Below are positions 1 through 13,129 of a stretch of 64,000 bases of DNA, in pieces. Below the pieces are notes generated by a model. The model saw only the letters and a list, made by a program, of their open reading frames with translations, had not been told where the DNA came from and searched no databases. This DNA comes from Octopus vulgaris (lineage: Eukaryota), in NCBI GenBank assembly GCA_951406725.2, contig OX597824.1, positions 66,712,001 through 66,776,000 on the forward strand, given 5' to 3'. The stretch's first letter is position 1. Each line of letters starts with the position of its first letter. The translations under genes and the position numbers were made by a program.

Positions 1-362
1 ACTAAACACAGTCATAAACAAAACTGTGACCACCATTACTACCACAACAATAAACAATACCATCACTCATTGATTATAATGATGATGGTGACTACCAACC
101 CCCCACCACCCCCACTACAACCACTTCCATCATTAAAAATACCACTGTGACCACAACCACAACAACTTCCTTCACTTCCAGCTTCTCTTTCTTTTCCTTT
201 GTCACATCCGTGAGTCTTTAGTTAACAAGAAGTCTTTATATATGGACTTTTCCGGAATCACACATTACACACATATATGTGCACATATATACACATGTTG
301 TTAAACTATCTGTGAATGACTACATAAAATGTGAAAGAGAATTCCGAGAGCTGAGTGTGTAT

Positions 363-439
<77 letters not shown>

Positions 440-1116
440 GATTATTAGATATAAAAACTCCCACTGCTCTCAAAACTACTGGCACCATCATCTTTCTTCA
501 ACTTTCCATTCACATACGTCATCATCAACATCATCATCACCATCATCACCATCATCATCATCATCATCATCCACAACCACCACTACCACCTTCATCTTCT
601 TCATCAGCTGCAGCAGCAGCAGCATGATGACAAAATCTTCATCCCCGTTGTGTATAAATTCAGTAGCCCATCACACAACTTATAAGACTGAACAACACCT
701 GTGTATATATATATTTATACCTATATACATACATACATACATACATATATACATACATACACATACATACACATATATATATACATACACACACATATAT
801 TTGTACACATACATATACATACACATATCTATATATATACACACACACATACATGTATGTATGTATGAATTTGCTCATTGAACGCACATAAAGTAACCCT
901 TGAATTCTCCTTTGATAGGTGTTGTGCCAAAGTTGAGAATAATCTGCCAATATTCTTGGGCACATATTATTTAAGGATTCTCAAGTCTGTCATTGTTTTT
1001 ACCTTATTCCAAAGGGCTGGATTTCTTTTTTTATTTGGTGACAGATGAGATTTGAACTTTGAACAAATACTACAAGGCATTCTACCTGATGCTCTAAAGA
1101 CTACTAATTTGATACA

Positions 1117-1168
<52 letters not shown>

Positions 1169-1351
1169 GCAAGTACACATACACACACACATATATATGC
1201 ACCTGTGATATATACTCAAGCACATCAAAAGTGAAGCGGGAAAATGAAATTAAGAAATTTCAGTAAGATTTTGTTACTATTCTTGAAGAAGTTGTTGAGT
1301 TTGTTGTAATTTGTATTATTGTTGTTGTTATGGTTGTTGTTATAGTTGTTG

Positions 1352-1965
1352 CCTGTGAAGGTATGTGGCTTAGTGGTTAGGGTATTTGGTTCATGATTGT
1401 AAGGTTGAGAGTTCACTTCCTGGTGGTGTATTGTACCCTTGAGCAAGACACTTTATTTTGTGGTGTATGCGGGAGATTTGAAGTAAAGACACCTACCTTC
1501 TCTTCGCTGACGCAGACTTCTCCGGCAACACACCCTTCCATGTGGCCAGACCCGAACGCTAAAAATAGCAGCTGCTTTTCCCTTACCTTGTCGAAGTGCT
1601 CACACATCCAGCCCTGTCGGCTACCCTGATCGGAAAGGCCCAATGCTCTCCTGCCTGCGCGCGTGTCACTCCTGCACCCTTCCTCTTCCGGTCAACCCCA
1701 AGTTCCCGTCAGCTCCCCAGCTGCTGACGTTGTCCCACATATTTCACATTGCTCCAGTCCACTCAGCTGGCAAAAGTGAGCAGTACCTGTATTTCAAAGG
1801 GCCAGCCTTGTCACATTCTGTGTCACACTGTATCTCCCTGAGAACTACGTTAAGGGCATGCATGTCTGCGCAGCACTAAGCTGCTTGCACATTACTTTCA
1901 CAAGTAGGCTGTTCCATTGATTCAATAAAGTATAACCTTTGTTGTTGTGACCAACAGAATGCCAA
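1352..1965 (+). mobile_element. tRNA-derived SINE (family E), interrupted by the solo LTR; related copies near 2085-2215, 5650-5820(-), 9580-9815(-), 31800-32130(-), 47375-47695(-)
   Basis: A-box TAGTGGTTAGG, B-box-like GAGTTCA, shared cttgagcaagacactttatttca...gctccagt core. Confidence 0.8.
1459..1739. mobile_element. Solo LTR inserted in a SINE
   Basis: TGTGG...CCACA termini; 5-bp TSD TATTT (1454-1458, 1740-1744); GC-rich; removing it restores the host SINE text ctttatttcacattgctccag. Confidence 0.75.
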
Positions 1966-3437
1966 TATTAATAGTTGTTGTAGTTATGGTTAATGTCGGC
2001 TGTTGTTATGATTGTCATTATATTTGCTGTTGCTATGGTTGGTGTTGTTGTTACTATAGTTGTTGTTTTAAAAGAATATGTTCAAGTGGTTAGGGTGTTT
2101 GGCTCACAATCATAATGCTCTGCTTTCAATTCTTGGACCAGGTGGTGCTCTGTGTCCTTGAGCAAGGCACTTTATTTCATGTTGCGCCACTCTACGCAGC
2201 TATAAAAGAGTACTAGCTAAATGCTGGAGCAACTCTCTCTCTCCCCCTCCAGCTTCAACATCCTGGATATGCCATTAAATCAAAGGATGGGAGAGTCAAG
2301 ACAAGAGGGTACCTATGCCTTCTCACAATTTCACAGGCACCTAAAGCAATTAGCAAAAGCATGGTACATGTCACCAACTAATACTAATTTGCAGCTAATA
2401 ACTGGCTCTTTATGGATGTTGTTGTTTTAATTGTTATTGTTTTGTGTTGTTGATACCGTTAAGGTTGCTATTATGGCTGTTGTTATGGTTGTTGCTGTTC
2501 TGACTGTTGTTATGGCTGTTGTTTTGGTTATGATTGTTGTTATAGTTATTATTGTGATTGTTATTGTTATAATTATTGTCATTATTGATATTATGATTGT
2601 TGTTGTTGTTATGGTTGTTACTGTTATGATTATTGTTGTTGTGGTTATTGTTGTTGTCGTTGTTATGGTTCTTGTTATGGTTGTTATTAGTATGACTGGT
2701 GTTGCTATGATCATTGTTATTACAGTTGTTATTTGTTATTGTTGCTGTTAAAATTGTTATTGTCGTTGTTACTGAACACCAGGTAAGCTGCAGTAGAGAA
2801 GATATGTGTTCAAAGGCATTCCAACCATGATCATCCTATCCTATACATTAGACACTACACTGTCCAATGTACCCTTTTTTATTTAAGACTGTCGGATCTG
2901 AGGGAGATTTTACTGTTATTGCTAGGAGCTGGTATAACTGGCTAGAGGCTCCCTTGTAAGGTTAAGAGTGTTGCTTTTATTGCTACTCTGATTGTCACAG
3001 TTTATGTTGGTCTTTTTGTTATTATTGTTGCTGTGTTTGTAGTTGTAGATATTATTTCTTATTTCTTTATTGTCCACAAGGGGCTAAACATAGACGGGAC
3101 AAACAAGGACTTAATTTATTGACCAAGAAAGGATGAAAGGCAAAGTCGACCTTGGTGGAATTTGAACTCAGAACGTAATGGCAGACGAAATACTGCTAAG
3201 CATTTCGCCCAGCATGCTAACGTTTCTACCAGCTCACTGCCTTATTATTTCTACAAATGAGCTCATTTAAATTCTTCACTAAACATGTTTTTCTACTTTG
3301 CAATTTTAAATTTTTACCATTGATAAACAAAAAAATATTGTTGAAACTAGTTTGGTATGTACGTATGTAAATAAATTTATTTACAAACAATTACAAGTTT
3401 TTCAAATTCAGGTACATTTTCAACAACAAATTTATAT

Positions 3438-3510
<73 letters not shown>

Positions 3511-3911
3511 GTCAGTATATAATAAATAGGAAAGAGAAGCAACACTCTCAGTTATAGAGCAGTAGAATAATAAGATAAAGATAGTTATGGCCTGTCTATG
3601 GGGTTACCCTGGATTTCATGTCCATAAAGTGCTTTCCCAGGGTAACCCTATAGATTGGCCATAACTATCTTTATCAAATATATATATATATATCTTCTTT
3701 TGTTTACTTGTTTCAGTCTGATGACTGAGGTGTTGAAGAATTTTTAGTTGAATGAATTGATCCAGTACTTGTGTTTTGTTAAGCCTGGTGCTTATCCTCT
3801 CAGTTTCAGAGATGTAAACTCACCAACACCAGTTGTCAACCAGTGGTGGGGGACAAACACACACACACATATATATTTACATACACACACACACACATAC
3901 ACACACAGATA

Positions 3912-3956
<45 letters not shown>

Positions 3957-5003
3957 CAGGCTTCTTTCAGTTTCCGTCTACCAAATCTACACCCAGGCTT
4001 TTGTTGGCTCAAAGCTTTAGGAGAAGACACTTGACCAAGGTGCCACACGGTGGGACTGAACCCAGAACCATGTGGTTGGGAAGCAAGCTTATTACCACAC
4101 AGCCACACACACACACACACACACACATGTATGTGTTTATTTATGTGTATGCTAAATTCAAGTAACAACAAGCATTTCCTTGTATAAGAACTCAATTCTG
4201 GTCACAGAGTTAGTTTTCATATTCATATAAGGGGTATCTATGATCTCAAATTTTTGCCTCTTGCCGCTTATCCAAGGATCAAACTATACAGTTCACCTTT
4301 ATTTACTTCTGCTTTTACTTGTTTCAGTTGTTGAACTGAGCTCATGCTGGAGCACTGCCTTGAAGGGTTTAAGGGAACAAAGTGACCCCAGCCTGGTACT
4401 TATTCAAGTGGTCTGTTTTTGCTAATCTGTTAAGTTACAGGGGACATAAACAAATTAGTAGCAGTTGTCAAGTGGTAGTGGCAAACACAAATACACACAC
4501 ATATGCATATATACATACAGACACACACATACATACACACAACAGGCTTCTTTTAGGTTCTGTCTGACAAATCCATTCAGAAAATATGGGTTGGCCTGGA
4601 GCAATAGTACAAGACATTTGCCTTATGTGCCATGCAGTAGGACTGACCCCAGAACCATGAGATTGGAAAGCGAGCTTTTTGCCACACAGCCATACCTGCT
4701 TGCACCTATTTTGTAGATATTTATATCATAAACAAACTTTGGAAAAAAATATATGGAAATGAGTGGATATACCTACATGAGAAGAACATAAGTAAATTTG
4801 GCTTATTTTTAGATGCGTGTATAAAATTAAGCTTTATTTTCACAGTTGAAAATTATTTAAAAATGGCAAAGGAGAAAAAAATTAAGAATTGTGAATATTA
4901 ATTCATATTGAATGTGATAAACATAATATATATAACCTAGACTTCTTTCTGCAAAAAACAAAATAATGTTTTATAAATGTATTCATATTTTTGTATTTAA
5001 CAG

Positions 5004-5104
5004 TGTCAAATGTGCTTCGGATACCCAAACTAACTAGTGGTTTTGGCAAACTACTTCCACATCCTGTAGCTGTAACAACTTCATCGGGACACTATAATGT
5101 ACAG
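5004..5104 (+). CDS. CYP10: CYP10-like coding exon 1 ([17 protein letters not shown]...NVQ; mitochondrial-presequence-like)
   Basis: Acceptor tttaacag, donor CAG|gtatgg, phase 0 fits exon 2; basic/hydroxylated peptide with no acidic residues. No in-frame ATG inside. Confidence 0.65.
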
Positions 5105-5952
5105 GTATGGGATTTCTGTTGTCATCATTATTTTATTGTCATCATTGTTTTTGTGTTTACATTCCCCTGCTTGTATGGGTCAGACAAAATTCATGAAGGC
5201 AGACTGTGTAGGGTCAGATATCCTTCCTGTGAACAACCTTAACTTTTTTTTCAAACATAATGATATTTCCTTCATGAATGTTTCATAGCAGATAAGAAAT
5301 GAAAAACAGTACTTAGATAAAGATAAAATGATAAAGATCCTTTCTAAGTTATATTGACTCATAGAGCTGGTTTCCCAGTTTCTATGGCATATACAGTCAT
5401 GGCCAAAAGTTTGGAACATTTTTCTTAAAAATTAAAATTATTATGTCCAAGTACAATTTGATTCAAATATATACAATGTATATATTTGGGCATTTAATAT
5501 AAAAATTCTAACTATCAGGCCTATGTTTCAGACTTTTGGCCAAGTAATAATATATTGCAAATTAATATAACATTGGGCATTTAATATATAATTCAAATTT
5601 TCAGACCTATGTTCCAAACTTTTGGCCATGACTGAATATTCCACCCTGGAAAGGATGCCAGTCCATCACAGTGTTACTCATCTTTGCCAGCAGTGTGGAC
5701 TGGAGCAACATGAAATGAAATGCTTTGCTCAAGAACAGACCACATTGTCCAGTCCAGGAATTGAAACCACAATCTTACTATCATGAGTCTGACACCTAAC
5801 CATTAAGTCATGTACCTTTACAAGAGTAACACTTGTGTGATGATGATATGATGACATTCTTTTATAGCTATTGTGCAATGTCATGATAAGAAGACTTATG
5901 TGCATGTGTGTATGCATACACACACACACACACGCACACACACACACACACG

Positions 5953-5984
<32 letters not shown>

Positions 5985-6541
5985 TACATGATGGGCTTTG
6001 TTCAGTTCCACCAACCAAATCTACTCACAAGGCTTTTTTGGCCCAGGGTTATAGTATAAGACACTTGCCCAAAGTGCTGCACAGCCAAATAAATGCTATC
6101 CATATAACTACATGGCTGACAAACATATAGGTATGTGTGTATGTGCATGTATGCCTGTGTGTGAGAGAGTATGTGTGTGTATGTGTGTGTGTGTTGATCC
6201 TTTTCCTTAGACTCCTGAATAAAAACTAGGAAAATAAAACCCTAAACATGCTTGTGATAAATCAAATATATGTTATTGACACATTTCTTCTTGTTCATTA
6301 CAGAAATGTCCCTTCAACCATGTCCAGTTAATTGAAACATCTGACTCAGATCACGAACAACTCTGTCCATTCAAAGCAATTCCCGGTGCTCCAGGCTTAC
6401 CATTTATTGGCAACTTGCTAGATTACCGAGACAAATACAAACTGTGTTTCACTGAAATATTTAAGGTAAGATTGATTTTATCATGGTTTATTCAAGCACA
6501 TCAATATCCTTGCTGGACATTTTGTCCTACAGATGTATATT

Positions 6542-6587
<46 letters not shown>

Positions 6588-6742
6588 CGACGGGCTTCTT
6601 TCAGTTTCCATCTACCACTCACAAGGTTTTGGTTGGCCCAAGGCTATTGTAGAAGACATTTGCCCAAGGTGCCATGCAGTGGGACTGAACTTGGAACCAT
6701 GTAGTTGGGAAGCAAGCTTCTTACCACACACCCACTCCTGCA

Positions 6743-6815
<73 letters not shown>

Positions 6816-6959
6816 TGTAACTTAGTGGTTTGGCAAAAGAGAACCGATAGAATAAGTACTAGGCTTCCAAAGGATAAGTCCTAGAGTCGATTGCTCGACT
6901 AAAGGCGGTGCTCCACCATGGCTACAGTCAAATGATTGAAACAAGTAAAAGAGTAAAGA

Positions 6960-6995
<36 letters not shown>

Positions 6996-7204
6996 TTCAT
7001 ATAATATGTGACAATTAGTTGGTTGCCATAATAAGACACCGGATTTTGGATGTTGGGACAGAAACCTGCTCCGGCATCTTGGAGTGGTAACTCGGAGTTT
7101 TATTATAGCAACTGAATAATTGTCACATATCATTTTACGGATAAATTCCTCTATTTAGATAATATCGAGGTCTCATTCCTTCTTTTGTTGTCTTACCATT
7201 ACTA

Positions 7205-7259
<55 letters not shown>

Positions 7260-7992
7260 GTATAATTAAGGTTTTAGCAAAAAGTTGCTTCACCACATAC
7301 CGAAAATTTAGAAATAGCAGTCAAAAACTGCTAATTGTAGTTAAAACTACAATATAACTCCACAGACAGCAATACTCGGAATGGTCAGTGGCAAGAGAGG
7401 AAGAGACCGACCAAGAACCTGCTGGCTTGACACCATCAAGAGTGATACTGGAATGGACATAGCCAGTCTGAAAGAAGCGGCCCAGGATAGAACTGACTGG
7501 AGGACACTGATCCAACAAGTAACCGAGAGTCGACTTCAACTGAGCGGATAGATATGTAAGATATAGACAGATAGATACAGAGAGATAGATAGATATAGAG
7601 ATAGAGATGAATAGAGAGATATAGATAGAGAGATATAGACATCACTGACGCTAGAAAACCAGAAGTAAATATTTTAAAAATCTTCCAAAGATGTGAATCT
7701 AATATAAAAAGCAATATATTTTATTTTTTTTTATGCCCAATGGCTGTAAGGGAGGCAATCAATTTCTGAAAGTTACTTCGCAAAGAGATACCTCCCTTCT
7801 CCACGTAACCCAGGAACAGGTGTTTTCTGCCCCGAGGGGGCCCGTTACTCATTATGTGAAAAATTTTAAGAGTCTAAAACCATCCCTGGAACATAAGTAA
7901 TGTATGTTCCCAATTTGGAGAAAATCGGTTGAAAAATACGGCCATTATAATCTTTTACGTACACACACACACATACACAGAACAGGATTTAC

Positions 7993-8065
<73 letters not shown>

Positions 8066-10090
8066 ATCAAATGAGACCTCTTCACTGTTTCTTAAACATC
8101 ATGCCCATCTTTTTCTTTCAGATATTTCATAAAAGGTCAGAGAAATATGGTGAAATTATCAAAGAAACTCTTGGTCCAGAAGAAATCATCTCAATTTCAA
8201 ATGCTGAAGAATACATGAATGTTATCCGTGCAGATGGTCGTCAACCAATCAGACCCCCATTGGAACCTTTGGCTCACTACCGGAGGGAAAAGGGTTTGGA
8301 AATTGGTATATTTAACTCGTGAGTATACACATGAAGCATCTTTAATATAAAGGCGGTTATAATGACCTTAATGATATTGATTGATGATGATTATAGTGGT
8401 GGTAGTGTTGGTGATTGGAGGTGGTGGTGGTGATGGTACTGGGTAGCGGTGGCCACAGATTTGGTGCCTCACTAATGCATACTGTAGAAATGAGTTTTGG
8501 GAAGCTCTTGGAGAAGTGAACCTTGCCACTGGTTTTGCTCATGGGTGGGTTACTTCATGTCCCTTTATACCTACTGCATACTTCTGGTTACAGTCTATAT
8601 CTTATGAGGATAGAAAGGGTGAAATGAATAGAAAATGGGAGAGAGATAGAGGAATATACAGATGAATTTACATTTGTGAGAGCATCTATATATATATATA
8701 GCAAAAAATATATATAGCGAAAATTACACCTTTATTATACATTTCACTTTATAAAACTGACAATTGTTTCTATTGCATTAAGATATATATATAAATAATT
8801 TTACATATATTTACAATTCAAAATTACCAACATTTGCTTTTATCATAATCCTTAATTTTTTTCTCAACTGAATGCATGACCTATTATGTTTAAATAATAA
8901 GTAAATGTATATGCTGCACACAATACATATCAATATACCATTTCTATATATTCATATCCTTGTACTATATATATTTATTTGATGTTCTATATAATTATAT
9001 ATCAAACCTATATATATTTCTATATCTGTTCTATCTATTTAACCCTTTAGCATTCAAACCATCCATATCAGGCCCTAATATTCTACTTCTTTTATGTTTA
9101 TACTGGCCAGATCTGGCCCCTTATACTTACCCTACAATATCATTCTGAAAAGAAATAATCACATCATCAAAGTCTCAGGGTTACAAGATAATGCATGATT
9201 GAAACAAAACAACAAGAATAAATAAGCATTACATTTGATAGAGTAATCTGATTGCTAAAGGGTTAATATATATTCAATATATTTAATATATTTAATATAT
9301 ATTAAATATTCTGAACCAATTACATATGTATTTCAGGCAGAGCGAGGTCTGGCATAGGTACCGAAAAATACTGAGCAAGAAACTGCTGGTGCCTAAAATG
9401 ATTACTTGCCACATTCCCTCCAAAAATGCCGTAGCAAATGACTTTGTTCACAGACTGGGATGTTTAACACATGAAAATAATGGTGAAACTGAAGATCTCC
9501 GGCAAGAACTCTTCCGATGGTCAATGGAAAGTGAGTATTTTATATTATTAGAAAGAAGTAAGTATTGTCTCAGGTCCTAGGTCTCATAGGGCTGGCTACC
9601 AGGTTTCTATGGTGTATAATTGACTGAGATAACAGCATTGTCCTTGGATGGGATGTCAGTTCATTGCAGGGTCACTCCTTTACAGCTGAGAGGACTGGAA
9701 TAACATGAATGGAAGTGTTTTGCTCTAGAACACAACACATCAACCAGTCTGGAATCGAAATCTCAACTTTGCATTCATGAGTGCAACACCCTAACCATTA
9801 GGCCATATGCTTTCATCATTAGAAAGAAAAAACCAAAAGCAACATCAGTTATTTTCTTTTTATTCCATAAAGCTCCACAGCGTCAGCTACACTTTACTCC
9901 AGCTTTTGTATGGTTAAGTGAGTGTGAGATTAATTTCACAGGGATAGGATGCTAATCTGTCAAAGATGTCTTTCCCCACCCCTTCCAGAAAATTTTCTGT
10001 TTTACACTAAGTAGAAGACACTTGGTCAAAGTGCCATGTGGTGGGACTGAACTTGAAACTATATGGTTGGAAATCAAACTTCTGCACCTA

Positions 10091-10174
<84 letters not shown>

Positions 10175-12920
10175 CATGTGCATACTAGTACCTCTTTGTT
10201 TTCACATCATGGATCCATTTCCGATCTTCAGTGGAAAAAAGTCTGGCTATGGGGAAATATTAACTTGCTTTGCAAACAGGTGAGGGTTAGTGCCTGGAAG
10301 TCATAGAAATCTGTCTCAATGAATTTTGTCTAACTCATGAAAGCATGGAAGAGTGGATGTTAAAATGCTGCTGCTGCTGATGATGATAATGACAGTTGAC
10401 AAATATATGGATAGTACACAATTTATTCAATACCTTTTTCTTCTAAAACCAATGTTTTGTGTCAAAATTTTAAAAAAGGAAAGGGAAACAAAATGTTCTG
10501 GGACTAGCAGCCCTTACATATATAACATAGCTGAATATTTATCCCAAGGACTGATCCTCTTCTTCAAAACTTTAGAAAATTCTTCCCCTCTGATCTTCTA
10601 CAGACATGGCTATGAAGTTGTAAAGCTTGGTCTCACTTTACAGCACTTTGGTGAAGTGTGCTCTGCTATAGCTTTGGGTTCAATCAATGCCTTGTGAGTA
10701 AATTTTGGTATTTGGAAACTGAAGGCTGTCTCAAAGACCATAACTGTTTCCAGTGGTAGATTTAATCTGCTATTTACTCATCACATATCCATTTGGCCCT
10801 CTGGTGCCTTTCACACTGTCACTCTACTGCAATTATCATTATTATTATTGGAAATGTTTTTATTTTCATTTTATTATCATTAGTACTGTTTCACCACCAC
10901 TTCTACCATCATCATCATTGTCATCTCTTCAACACAGTATATATTTTCTTACTACAGCTGCTGGAATAATGCTGTTCAATGAGAGATTGGGCTGTCTGGA
11001 AGCAAACCCACCTTCAGTTGCTATTGATTTTGTGAAAAACCTTCAAGGATTCCTCGGCCATCTCAACTACCTCTTGTTCAGTATGCCACTCTATAAAATA
11101 TTTCGAACAAAACGGTGGCGAGAATTTGAGCATTACAATGATCAGCTGGTTTCCATAGGATCGTCTTTACTTAAAAAAGTAAGTAACCTCCTTCTCACTG
11201 CCCCTATACACACTACATTTTAATTTTAGAATTGTCTATTGAGAACCTTTTGTTTACACATGCATATATTTTTAGATGAGTTATTGCTATAGCAACTAAA
11301 ATTTTTCCAGTTATATATTTCATATTTTAATGCATTTGTCTGTTACACCAAATTTTGATTGCTTTAACCTCTCACCATATTAAATACCTCAATATTTTCA
11401 AGTGTTTAATATTTACACACTCACTCCCTCTGACCCCCATCCGTGTGTATATATATATATATGATTATAAAGAAAAATATTTCTTCCAATGCATAGACTT
11501 CACTTTGAACTGCTCAGGATATTAAACCTGAGGCGTTAGAATAGTGTATAAGTAAGAATCAATGTTAGGCAAATCAAGTTCCCATATACATTTATATTTA
11601 TTCAGCCCTAGACCCAACGTGCATGATTTTCTCCGAAAGTATATTCAATATATCAAACACATCAAAAGTATATATTAGATATATAAAAACATATAGAGTA
11701 GTCAATACATTAACAATATACATATAAAAATATTTAAATATATAAATATATACATTAAAAATATATTGAAAAAATAAATACATATGTAGATCAACTCACA
11801 TATTATAAAACGAAGTTATAAATTTGGAGAAATTCATGCATGTTGGGTCTAGGGTTGAATAAATATAAATGTATAGGTGAACTTGATTTGCCTAACTTTG
11901 ATTCTTACTTCAATATATACATATATATATTATATGGCTATGATGCTTCCTGACTGCCCCTGCTCATGATCAGAGATGCACAAGTCATCAACCACTAAGG
12001 GATGTTGCTCAACTGGTTAAGATCAAGCAAGTGACAAGCAAATCTGTAATATTGTGCAGAATATTTGCTGTAGCCCATCTTTTACAACAAGACATGTAAC
12101 ATGATAACACTGCCAATCAGTTGGAATCAGAAGCCATGAGAGCCAGTGCCTGATACTGCATAAGGACATTTCTTCTTCTTCTTCTTCTTATTATTATTAT
12201 TAAGGTGGTGAGCTGGTAGAATCATTAGCGTGCTGGGTGAAATGCTTAGCAGTATTTTGCACATCACTACATTCTGAGTTCAAATTCTGCTGCAGTCAGC
12301 TTTGCCTTTCTTTATTTCAGGGTGGATAAATTAAGTACCAGTTGAACACTGAAAACAGTTTTTTGTTTTGATTGTGTTTTGTGGCTATTTGTATTAGTTT
12401 TCCTTGCTTCTGAAGTAGGTATTTTGCAGTCCTATGGTGATTATTTTATAATAGTTTTCCAACTGTATAAGGCCTCTACCACCTTCTATACGTTGTATAT
12501 ATAGCCTTTCTATGTCAGATTTTGGGTGGTCCATCCTAGATCCTGTCATTATTTTTCTTGTTTTCCTGTCTATTTTGGTTAGTTCATTTAGTGTCCAGTT
12601 AAGGATATGATAGCTGTAACATATAACTGGGATAGCTAGAGTGTTAATACCTATTATCTTGTTTTTAGCATTGAGCTCTGTTTTTAGTATTGATCTAACT
12701 CATCTGTAGTATTCTTTCTTTATTCTCTCTTTCATTTGTGTGTGTTGTATCATATTTAGTTCATGGATTCCTAAGTATTTGTAAGTTTAGCTTTGGTCTC
12801 ATTCTCTTATTTCATTGGCTTTATCTAGTGTAATGTTGCTACTCTTAACTAGTTTTCTAATCCAAATTTCATATCTATTTCTTTGGTAAATCCATGTACT
12901 ATCTGTAGTAGTGTTTCCAG

Positions 12921-12980
<60 letters not shown>

Positions 12981-12994
12981 CATTATCATCATCA

Positions 12995-13043
<49 letters not shown>

Positions 13044-13057
13044 CATCATCATCATCA

Positions 13058-13129
<72 letters not shown>

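Noticed and set aside
306-1446. ORFs rich in YI/HT/CV dipeptides (here and throughout the window)
   Set aside because: Translations of (TA)n, (CA)n and (TATG)n microsatellites.
2427-2751. Thr-rich mucin-like or Val-rich membrane-like ORFs
   Set aside because: Degenerate (GTT)n repeat.
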